NCBI GenBank assembly: GCA_016839765.1
Contig: JAEOTP010000022.1
Span: forward strand, 1 to 15,617
Source: Promethearchaeota archaeon
GTDB taxonomy: Archaea; Asgardarchaeota; Lokiarchaeia; Sigyniarchaeales; SOKP01
Direction: 5' to 3'
DNA length: 15,617 bases
Positions 8,595 to 15,617 of this stretch are shown one piece after another. The first letter of the stretch is position 1, and each line of letters starts with the position of its first letter. Below the pieces are notes generated by a model. That model ran no database searches. It saw nothing but the letters and a program-made list of their open reading frames with translations, and was not told the DNA's origin. The translations under genes were made by a program, and so were the position numbers.

Positions 8595-9107
8595 ATGTTA
8601 ATTGCTGTTATATCAGATACACATGATCATCAAGATAATATTCTAAAGGCGGTTTCAATCATGAATGAAAGGAATGTTGATGTATTAATTCATTGTGGAG
8701 ATTATTGCTCGCCTTTTACAAGAAGATGGTTCGATAACTTGAATCAGACTATAAAGAATAATTTTTTTGGAGTATTTGGAAACAACGATGGTGATCAAGT
8801 ATTTTTAAGGAAAAATCTGGGTCAAATTTGTAAATTTGTCGAAAATGGTCATGAGCTAGTTAAAGAATTTGATGGAAAAAAGTTAATTGCCTCACACATG
8901 CCAAAACCAGAAACGATAGATTCATTAGCAAGATCAGGCACTTTTGATATTGTTTTATCAGGTCATACTCATTCAATTGTGAATAAAAAACTTGACATAA
9001 ATGTTTTAGTACTAAATCCCGGGGAAGCTTGTGGATATTTAACAGGAAAAGGTACTTTTGCAGTAATTGATACAAACAAATTAGAAGCTGAAATTATATA
9101 CCTCTAA
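8595..9107 (+). CDS. Metallophosphoesterase, YfcE/MJ0936 family
   Basis: SDTHD, HCGD, GNND, SH, GHTH and NPG motifs of the calcineurin-like fold. Confidence 0.92.
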   Translation: MLIAVISDTHDHQDNILKAVSIMNERNVDVLIHCGDYCSPFTRRWFDNLNQTIKNNFFGVFGNNDGDQVFLRKNLGQICKFVENGHELVKEFDGKKLIASHMPKPETIDSLARSGTFDIVLSGHTHSIVNKKLDINVLVLNPGEACGYLTGKGTFAVIDTNKLEAEIIYL

Positions 9108-9177
9108 TTTTATTTTTTTATATTTGTTTTTTAAAATTTAATAAGTTTTTTTTAATTATTTTCCATTTATCTTTATT

Positions 9178-10395
9178 ATGGTTTTACCTTTAGAGAATAT
9201 TGTTGTATTAGATTTAAGTCGCATGCTTCCTGGTCCTTATTGTTCAATGATATTATCGGATTTAGGTGCAGAGGTTATACATATCAACGATCCAAGATTT
9301 CCATACGGAAATCCTCCACCTTTCTTTCAGAAAGGGAGATTTAGAGAGAGTGCTTTTAATTCGATCCTCATGAGGAATAAGAAGTCAATTTCACTTAATC
9401 TCAAAAAAGAGAAAGCTTTAGAAATTTTCTATAAATTAACAAGAAAAGCAGATGTGATTTTAGAAACTTTCAGACCAAAAATTACAGAAAAATTGAATAT
9501 TGATTATGAAACTATTTCAAAAATTAATCCATCTATTATATATTGCTCATTGACAGGATACGGTCAAAATGGTCCCTATGAACAAATTGCTGGGCATGAT
9601 TTAAATTATATTGGCATTTGTGGGATTTTAGAACTAAATAAAGAACGAGAATTTTTTGGCAAGGAAGAACAAGAAAGAAAGCCCATTGTACCAGGTGTAC
9701 AAGCTGCGGATATAGGAGGCGGATTGGTTTCAACTATTAGTATTTTAGGTGCTATAATCGAAAGAGAGAAAAATTCAGAAAAGCAAGGCCAATATATTGA
9801 TCTTTCTATGACTGATTGCGTTTTTTCATTCATGCCTATGGCTGCAGCTTTTGAATTTTCAAAAGATTTAAATGATGGAATCATTCAGCCGAAAAATCCA
9901 CTTCATGGCGAGGTTCCTTTTTATTCAGTTTTCAGGACTAAAGATAACAAATATTTATCTGTTGGTGCTATTGAGATTAAATTCTGGCGGGAAGTTTGTA
10001 AGGGTATCGGGCGAGAAGATTTAATCCCTAAAGGTAACGCTCAAGGTGTAGAAAAGGAAAAAGCATTCCAAGAAATGCAAAAAGAGTTTTTAAAGAAAAC
10101 TCAAGATGAATGGTTTGAGATTTTTATCAATAGAGACGCTTGTGTTATGCCAGTAAAAACCTTTAGTGAAGCTTGTAATGATCCACAAATTAAAGCAAGG
10201 AAAATGATAGTCGAGCTGGATCATTCAAAATTCGGAAAAATTCAAAATGTTACTTCACCTATTAAATATTCAAGAACCCCATTAAAAATAAGAAGTTTAG
10301 CTCCAAAAATAGGTAAACATACAGAACAAATATTAAAATCACTTAATTATACAGATACTGATATTAAAAATTTCAAGAAGCAAGGAGTAATATAG
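9178..10395 (+). CDS. CaiB/BaiF family III CoA-transferase, alpha-methylacyl-CoA racemase-like
   Basis: LDLSRMLPGP, DLGAEVI, RNKKSI, ETFRP, TGYGQNGP, GHDLNY, ADIGGG, GQYIDLSM and APKIGKHT. Confidence 0.92.
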   Translation: MVLPLENIVVLDLSRMLPGPYCSMILSDLGAEVIHINDPRFPYGNPPPFFQKGRFRESAFNSILMRNKKSISLNLKKEKALEIFYKLTRKADVILETFRPKITEKLNIDYETISKINPSIIYCSLTGYGQNGPYEQIAGHDLNYIGICGILELNKEREFFGKEEQERKPIVPGVQAADIGGGLVSTISILGAIIEREKNSEKQGQYIDLSMTDCVFSFMPMAAAFEFSKDLNDGIIQPKNPLHGEVPFYSVFRTKDNKYLSVGAIEIKFWREVCKGIGREDLIPKGNAQGVEKEKAFQEMQKEFLKKTQDEWFEIFINRDACVMPVKTFSEACNDPQIKARKMIVELDHSKFGKIQNVTSPIKYSRTPLKIRSLAPKIGKHTEQILKSLNYTDTDIKNFKKQGVI

Positions 10396-10423
10396 CCATA
10401 AATATAGATATATAATCTAAATT

Positions 10424-10428
10424 GGTGA
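10424..10428 (+). promoter_or_regulatory. GGTGA Shine-Dalgarno-like site
   Basis: Lies 6 nt before ATT-CCA-AGA-TAT-TGT, which opens the zinc-ribbon frame. Confidence 0.55.
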
Positions 10429-10434
10429 AAAACT

Positions 10435-11352
10435 ATTCCAAGATATTGTACCGAATGTGGTAATCCTTTAAAAGAAGAATATGAATATTGTGTTAATTGT
10501 GGTAAGTCTGTACAAGAAGTAATGAGTCTTCCTGGTGCTGATAGCTTACGAGAGACAGAGATAAAAAAGGAGAGAAGAGAATCTAAATATATTCTTACTT
10601 CTTTTCAACGTAAAGTTTTCCTACAAAGGATTCTGCCAATATTATTAATAGGCTCAATAATTTGGTTGGTCAGTGAGATATTTTTTGATTTTATGTTTAA
10701 GGAATTTGAATTTAATTTTGTATTTTTTGTTTTTTATATATGTATGATAGTCCTTGAATTAAATATATTTATTATATTTTATTTTGTGTCAAAAGCGGAT
10801 AAAACTGATGCCGGGCTTATAATTTTTTTCATATTTTGTTTTATAGCAGGTATTCTAAGTCTTCCAATAATAATTTTCACTGAATTTCTCCCTCAAGTCC
10901 GTATGTTTATTACTTTAACACTTGGAGCAATAATTATAGTCTGTATAATTGGTATTGTTTTAAGGGTAAAATATTTCGCCAAAGGATATTTATGGGCTCA
11001 CATTATTCTTTTTTTAATAGGAACTGCGATAATGGAATTTATATTTATTATTCTTTTTAATATACAGAATTTCTTATTGACGATCCCTATTACATTGGCT
11101 TATATATCTATTGTATCACTAACAACAATGTTTTATGGGGCAAAAGCAGTACAAAAAAGTGAAAAAAGCCCTTGGATATACATTTTCTTTAAAGTTGAAG
11201 CTATATTATTACTAGCCCTTATAATAGCGATAGTTATTGTAGTAGTAGTTCTTATATTTATTTTAATTGCTATTGCAGTTGGTGATTCCAATATCAATTT
11301 ATCTGGTCTTAGTGGGGGGAGCGGAACCAGAAGAAAGAAGAAAGAAAAGTAA
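10435..11352 (+). CDS. Zinc-ribbon + ~7-TM membrane protein (Bax inhibitor-1/TMBIM-like); proposed ATT start, 305 aa
   Basis: The in-frame extension upstream of ATG 10522 encodes PRYCTECGNPLKEEYEYCVNCG (CxxC-x10-CxxC). About seven hydrophobic segments follow, then a Gly/Ser-rich and basic tail RRKKKEK. The gene is confident; the exact start and family are less so. Confidence 0.65.
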   Translation: MPRYCTECGNPLKEEYEYCVNCGKSVQEVMSLPGADSLRETEIKKERRESKYILTSFQRKVFLQRILPILLIGSIIWLVSEIFFDFMFKEFEFNFVFFVFYICMIVLELNIFIIFYFVSKADKTDAGLIIFFIFCFIAGILSLPIIIFTEFLPQVRMFITLTLGAIIIVCIIGIVLRVKYFAKGYLWAHIILFLIGTAIMEFIFIILFNIQNFLLTIPITLAYISIVSLTTMFYGAKAVQKSEKSPWIYIFFKVEAILLLALIIAIVIVVVVLIFILIAIAVGDSNINLSGLSGGSGTRRKKKEK

Positions 11353-11403
11353 GTAATAAACATTTAATCATTATTAAATTTAAATACCAGATAAAAAGAC
11401 ATA

Positions 11404-11411
11404 TTTATATA
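11404..11411 (+). promoter_or_regulatory. Putative TATA box upstream of comD
   Basis: TTTATATA preceded by purine-rich AAAAGAC, about 65 nt before the comD ATG. Confidence 0.3.
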
Positions 11412-11475
11412 AAAATCTAGTTGAATAATCTTTAACTAATTAATGTTTATAATAAAGCTGAGTTAACTATTCCAC

Positions 11476-11976
11476 ATGAATATTGATCAAAAACTATATG
11501 AGATAATAAAAGATTTCGGAATAGATTTGGTCTTATCAGTGCCCTGCATATTATTAAAGGGCATTTTGGATTTAATAAATGAAAGAAAAGAATTATTACA
11601 TATCCCTGTCACCCGTGAAGAAGAGGGCGTTGGAATTGCAGCAGGAGCTTATCTTGGTGGAAAAAGACCTGCAATCTTAATACAAAATTCAGGTTTAGGA
11701 AATTCTATAAATGCCATAACATCTCTATTAGAATTATACAATATTCCTATTATTTTTATTATGAGTCATAGAGGAGGAAAAGGTGAAAAAATCTTAGCGC
11801 AAATACCGATGGGAAAAATTACTAATAAACTGTTAGATTTAACTGGAATAAAAACTTGGTCCATAAAATCCAGCAAAGAAATCACAAAACTTAAAGAAGC
11901 AATTATTTATAGTCAAGAACATAACTGCTCTGTTGGCATTCTTCTACAAAAATCATTATGGAGTGAGGAAATATGA
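11476..11976 (+). CDS. comD: Sulfopyruvate decarboxylase subunit alpha (phosphonopyruvate decarboxylase-related)
   Basis: SVPC, TREEEGVGIAAGAYLGG, QNSGLGNSINA, SHRG and AQIPMG; ATGA overlap with the beta subunit. Confidence 0.88.
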   Translation: MNIDQKLYEIIKDFGIDLVLSVPCILLKGILDLINERKELLHIPVTREEEGVGIAAGAYLGGKRPAILIQNSGLGNSINAITSLLELYNIPIIFIMSHRGGKGEKILAQIPMGKITNKLLDLTGIKTWSIKSSKEITKLKEAIIYSQEHNCSVGILLQKSLWSEEI

Positions 11977-12530
11977 AAAGATTTGATGCAATAAATAGAA
12001 TTGCGGAAGTTTTAACTGAAGAACTCGTAATTTGCAATATTGGAATTCCTTCAAAAGAATTATACCATCTCAGAGATCGCCCTCAAAATTTCTATATGAT
12101 GGGTTCGATGGGTTTAGCATCTTCTATTGCTCTTGGATTAGCAATTTCTCAACCAAGAAAAAAAGTATGGTGTATTGATGGAGATGGTTCTATACTCATG
12201 AATCTTGGCAGTCTAAGTACTATCGCAAATGTTAATCCAAGTAATTTAATTTTGATTGTAATTGATAATGAATCTTATGGTTCTACGGGGGATCAATACA
12301 CTCATACCCATAATAATACTAATTTAGAAATAATTGCTGAAGGTGCTGGCTTTAAGTCAATAGTAAAGATTACAAAAGGAGAGAAAATTAAAAATATCCT
12401 GAGAGATTTAGGTAAAGGATGTCATTTTGTTTTAATTAAAACTAAACCTGGAAGTGCTCTGGTTAATAATATTCCTCTCAAACCAATAGAAATTAAAAAT
12501 CGATTTATGCAATCATTTACCAAAAATTAA
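11973..12530 (+). CDS. comE: Sulfopyruvate decarboxylase subunit beta
   Basis: CNIGIPSKEL, NFYMMGSMGLA, TPP-binding GDGSILMN...DNESYGSTG; GAGG RBS; translationally coupled to comD. Confidence 0.88.
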   Translation: MKRFDAINRIAEVLTEELVICNIGIPSKELYHLRDRPQNFYMMGSMGLASSIALGLAISQPRKKVWCIDGDGSILMNLGSLSTIANVNPSNLILIVIDNESYGSTGDQYTHTHNNTNLEIIAEGAGFKSIVKITKGEKIKNILRDLGKGCHFVLIKTKPGSALVNNIPLKPIEIKNRFMQSFTKN

Positions 12531-12547
12531 ACAAATTTCAATAAACT

Positions 12548-13072
12548 ATGTCAAAAAAAATAGAGGCACTAAAAGAAGTTTTGAAAAAGAACCCTAGTAA
12601 TTCAAATGCTTGGATACAAATTGGATATTTGTATTTTCAAAAAGATGAATATCAAAATGCTATTAAAGCTTATAAAAAGGGCATTGAACTTAATTCAAGT
12701 GAAGCTATTAATTGGCATAACTTGGGACATATCTATTATGAAATTGAGGAATATGATGATGCTACTAAAGCATTAAAAAAAGCTTTAGAATTAAATCCTA
12801 ATCTAGCAATCACATGGTCTGAGCTTAGTTCTGTTTATATTGATATGGGGAATTTTGATAAAGCTATTATTGCTTGTAAAAATGCCTTGAAACATAACTC
12901 TAAGGATGAATCTGCTTGGACCAATCTGGGTTCAGCATATTATAATCAGAAATTATATGATAAGGCAATTGAAGCTTTAAGTAAAGCATTAGAAATTATA
13001 CCTCATTTAGAGTTTGCTCAAAAATTACTTAAGTTAGTAAAGAAAGCTAAAAATGAAGAATTAAAAAAATAA
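12548..13072 (+). CDS. Tetratricopeptide repeat protein (about 4 TPRs)
   Basis: 34-aa periodic motifs: AWIQIG..Y, NWHNLG..Y, TWSELS..Y, AWTNLG..Y, each followed by A...ALELNP-like endings. Confidence 0.93.
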   Translation: MSKKIEALKEVLKKNPSNSNAWIQIGYLYFQKDEYQNAIKAYKKGIELNSSEAINWHNLGHIYYEIEEYDDATKALKKALELNPNLAITWSELSSVYIDMGNFDKAIIACKNALKHNSKDESAWTNLGSAYYNQKLYDKAIEALSKALEIIPHLEFAQKLLKLVKKAKNEELKK

Positions 13073-13179
13073 TTTAAGAAAAAAACACTCAATTTTTTTA
13101 ACACATAATTTTATTTAATAATTGTTTTATTATATTTTAAGGAGTATTAGTCCTTCAATTAACGTTTTACTATTTAAAA

Positions 13180-14748
13180 ATGACGGAAGATTTTGAAAGA
13201 GATGAAAATGAAGACCCTGATGATGATAGAGAGAATATCCAAGAGGAAGAAAGAGTTAGTAAGCCAGTAGTTATTAAAGCTGAAGCTTATAAGACAATAA
13301 TCTTATATGCCAGTAGATATGCAAATCAAGCATTACCAGCTAAAGATTGGAAGGAAATCTATGGAATTTTGACGGGCTACTCAGATGAGGATTTTGTTTA
13401 CGTAGAGAACAGTTATGCTTTAACTTTTGGACATGATACGGATGTAAGTTTAGATGAGCGGCATTATGTTTTTATTGATGAGATACAACAACAATTAGAT
13501 AAAGAAGAGCAAGGTCATTTTATTGTAGGCTGGTTTCATTCTCATCCAGGATTATCTCTCTTTTTTTCTTATGTTGATTTAATAAATCAATTAGGATTTC
13601 AAGCGAAATATAGTGATGCCATTGGATTAGTATTTGATCATACGCTATTAGGAAAAAAAAAAGAAGAGAAGATTGGTGAGAACATTCTTACTAAATATGA
13701 CACAGGATTTGAAATTTATCGATTAACCGATGTAAATTTGGACCCAAATTCTCCTGAATTTGAAAATAATTATTATAAAGTAGATTATATAGTTAAAGGG
13801 TTAAATAAGTATTTCTTTGCGAATGTTTTATCAGAATTGTCTGCGTTAGTTGCTGCTGGCAAGCCCTTACAATCAGCATATAGAGAAGACTATAAACAGA
13901 GAATAGGGATTAAAGACATGCAAGATTTTGAAAATAGTAGCTCAAATTCGGATAATTATATATCTGAAATAGATTTAAAATCAGAGCCTAAGGATTTAGT
14001 TAATATTCCTATGAATGAGGATTTCTCTTTTGGATTTAGTAACCTTTTTTATGACACATCAAACCAAGAAAGTCTTTCTGAATCTACTAGTTTAAAAGAA
14101 CGAGCCGAACATTTAATATATGAGGGAAATAAGGCATTTCAGAATAAGGATACATTTACAGGAATTGAAAGATACCGTCAAGGTATCGAAAAATATAGAG
14201 AATTAGATGATATTAATCGCGTTTTTGATTTATTGAGAACTGTAGCAAAATTATGTATTTCAAATAATCATTTGGTTCTAGCAGAGGAATTTGCAGATGA
14301 GTTATTCGAGTTGTCTAAGCAAAGTGATGAATTGTTTTATTTAGGAGTAGCAAGTTATATAATTGGATATATATCTTTAAAAAAAGGAGATAAACAAGTT
14401 TTAAAGGATGCATTGAAAAAAATTGAAAACTCAGCTATATATTTTGGAAAAGTAATGGATTATGCTGGAGCTGGTATGAGTTATAATAAAATTGCTACAA
14501 TGTATCAAACAAGACTTAAAAATTATGATAGTGCATGTCTTTTTTATAAAGAAGCTATAGAAAATTATAATAAAGCTATAATTCATAGTCATCCTTTAAG
14601 AAAATCTCTCTGGAGTAAACCTGAATTACTTAGTGAAAAAATAATTGAATTAAGAGATTTAGTTGATGAGCTAATACCAAATGTTGAGAATTCTGAAATA
14701 AAAGAGAAAATAATTAACGACCTCAAATTTATAAGATACAACTATTAA
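13180..14748 (+). CDS. JAMM/MPN+ metalloisopeptidase (Rpn11/CSN5-like) fused to a C-terminal TPR/alpha-SNAP-like solenoid
   Basis: KEIYGIL (catalytic Glu, 13354) and VGWFHSHPGLSLFFSYVD (HxH-x7-S-x2-D, 13537-13578); acidic N-terminus; Ser/Asn/Asp-rich linker; helical repeats at the C-terminus. Confidence 0.88.
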   Translation: MTEDFERDENEDPDDDRENIQEEERVSKPVVIKAEAYKTIILYASRYANQALPAKDWKEIYGILTGYSDEDFVYVENSYALTFGHDTDVSLDERHYVFIDEIQQQLDKEEQGHFIVGWFHSHPGLSLFFSYVDLINQLGFQAKYSDAIGLVFDHTLLGKKKEEKIGENILTKYDTGFEIYRLTDVNLDPNSPEFENNYYKVDYIVKGLNKYFFANVLSELSALVAAGKPLQSAYREDYKQRIGIKDMQDFENSSSNSDNYISEIDLKSEPKDLVNIPMNEDFSFGFSNLFYDTSNQESLSESTSLKERAEHLIYEGNKAFQNKDTFTGIERYRQGIEKYRELDDINRVFDLLRTVAKLCISNNHLVLAEEFADELFELSKQSDELFYLGVASYIIGYISLKKGDKQVLKDALKKIENSAIYFGKVMDYAGAGMSYNKIATMYQTRLKNYDSACLFYKEAIENYNKAIIHSHPLRKSLWSKPELLSEKIIELRDLVDELIPNVENSEIKEKIINDLKFIRYNY

Positions 14749-14825
14749 ACCTCTTTTTGATATTTACACTTTTTAATAATAAAAAAAAATATATTCTAAG
14801 GTATATTATTTTAATTACTTCTTTT

Positions 14826-14830
14826 GGTGA
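14826..14830 (+). promoter_or_regulatory. GGTGA Shine-Dalgarno-like site
   Basis: Lies 7 nt before in-frame ATA-CCA-CGT-CGA-AAA. Confidence 0.5.
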
Positions 14831-14837
14831 TGTTATT

Positions 14838-15518
14838 ATACCACGTCGAAAACAGAAAATTAAATATTCTAGAAAAATCGCTTGTAAGCATCTAAAACCG
14901 TTAGGAGATATTTCTAACAGTCTGCAACCTTTATGTGTCTGTCCTTCAAGAGATTTAATACTCGGTAGGAGAGCTTACGTATGTCAGGTATGTTCAATCT
15001 ATGATCCTGCAAAATCTAATAGTAAAATCCAAGAAGTTTATGAAGAGAGTAGAAAAATTGCGGAAAAAAAGATCTTAGAGAAAAAGATTAGTTTAGAGGA
15101 TTTCGAACTTAAAGAGCTCACAGGAGATGACGAAATTGACTTAACTTTTGATGAATTTGAAGAAGAAGAGGAAGAAGAACCTTTAAAATTTGAAAAACGT
15201 AAAGTTGGAAAAGATGAAATAATCGAGGCTGAAGAATTTGGAGATTTAGAATGTCCATTTTGCGGGGAAATCTTTGAAGATTTAAGATCACATATATCAT
15301 CTTGTGAATTTGCTCCTGATGATGTTAACATAGATGATGTGCTCCCAAGTCGCAAGAAGAAGAGAAAAAAAACTACTGCACCCAGTTCTCAAGCTAAAGA
15401 AGATAAGGAAAAAGAAAAACAAGTGTGCCCTTATTGTGGTAAAGAATTTGTTAGATTAGGACGACATCTTAAGTCATGCCCTAAAAAGCCTCAAGACGCA
15501 GAAGAGGAGAATGAGTAG
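14838..15518 (+). CDS. Multi-zinc-finger protein (N-terminal Cys/His cluster, acidic tract, two C2HC fingers); proposed ATA start, 226 aa
   Basis: CKH...CVC...CQVC, then CPFC-x9-H-x3-C (15252-15305) and CPYC-x9-H-x3-C (15426-15479). The listed TTG start at 14757 runs through A/T tracts that look intergenic. Confidence 0.65.
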   Translation: MPRRKQKIKYSRKIACKHLKPLGDISNSLQPLCVCPSRDLILGRRAYVCQVCSIYDPAKSNSKIQEVYEESRKIAEKKILEKKISLEDFELKELTGDDEIDLTFDEFEEEEEEEPLKFEKRKVGKDEIIEAEEFGDLECPFCGEIFEDLRSHISSCEFAPDDVNIDDVLPSRKKKRKKTTAPSSQAKEDKEKEKQVCPYCGKEFVRLGRHLKSCPKKPQDAEEENE

Positions 15519-15539
15519 TAGAAATAAAGAATAATAATT

Positions 15540-15617
15540 ATGGTAAAGAAGGATAATATATATTATTGTCACCCTGTTTTTCGTCCACCAAGCGAAGCTC
15601 ATTCTTTATTAATTCAA
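15540..15617 (+). CDS. N-terminus of a second radical SAM protein (3'-truncated)
   Basis: MVKKDNIYYCHPVFRPPSEAHSLLIQ; RPPSEA.SLLIQ matches the N-terminal signature of the family of 5618..6544. The Cys motif lies beyond the window. Confidence 0.7.
   Translation, partial: MVKKDNIYYCHPVFRPPSEAHSLLIQ

Noticed and set aside
8595-9107. Vps29 (retromer) orthologue
   Set aside because: Same fold, but the intact metal ligands and NPGEACG fit ordinary prokaryotic YfcE/MJ0936 phosphodiesterases; no retromer partners nearby.
10405-10428. Selenocysteine or stop-codon readthrough at TGA 10426
   Set aside because: Another in-frame stop (TAG 10405) lies just upstream with no canonical start in between; the TGA is better explained as part of GGTGA.
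8860-11363. Short minus-strand ORFs 8860..9075, 9536..9733, 9606..9884 and 11133..11363
   Set aside because: Antisense to well-supported genes; composition mirrors the sense codons.
14757-14837. TTG 14757 start for the zinc-finger gene
   Set aside because: The segment consists of A/T tracts with no RBS and looks intergenic; disfavoured but not excluded.
15038-15355. Ser-rich minus-strand ORFs 15038..15355 and 15118..15300
   Set aside because: The poly-Ser run is the reverse complement of the GAA/GAG Glu tract of the zinc-finger gene.
1-15617. CRISPR arrays, tRNA/rRNA, transposases, integrases, defence systems
   Set aside because: No regularly spaced repeats, no GC-rich structured RNA-like segments and no mobile-element motifs were seen; intergenic gaps are short and AT-rich.

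Overview
Very AT-rich, gene-dense window that reads like an Asgard archaeon, probably Lokiarchaeia-like. This is inferred from the Rab-like GTPase with DFGGQERF, the Rpn11/CSN5-like JAMM protein, the tandem winged-helix protein, ComDE and GGTGA-type ribosome-binding sites. Left to right: a 5'-truncated tandem winged-helix (UFL1/PCI-like) protein, a small wHTH protein, purH, guaB, a radical SAM enzyme, a Rab-like small GTPase, a degenerate polyprenyl synthase, a metallophosphoesterase, an AMACR-like CaiB/BaiF enzyme, a zinc-ribbon + ~7-TM (Bax inhibitor-1-like) membrane protein, comD/comE, a TPR protein, a JAMM-protease/alpha-SNAP-like fusion, a multi-zinc-finger protein, and the start of a second radical SAM paralogue. 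The most notable observations are: (i) two genes appear to start at non-canonical AUU/AUA codons behind GGTGA, each followed by a Pro codon; (ii) a TPR / JAMM-solenoid / C2HC zinc-finger cluster that may be a ubiquitin-like deconjugation module; (iii) eukaryote-like motifs in PurH and IMPDH; (iv) overlapping perfect inverted repeats upstream of guaB-purH. No rRNA, tRNA, CRISPR array or mobile element was recognised. All family assignments come from motif recognition by eye, not database searches.
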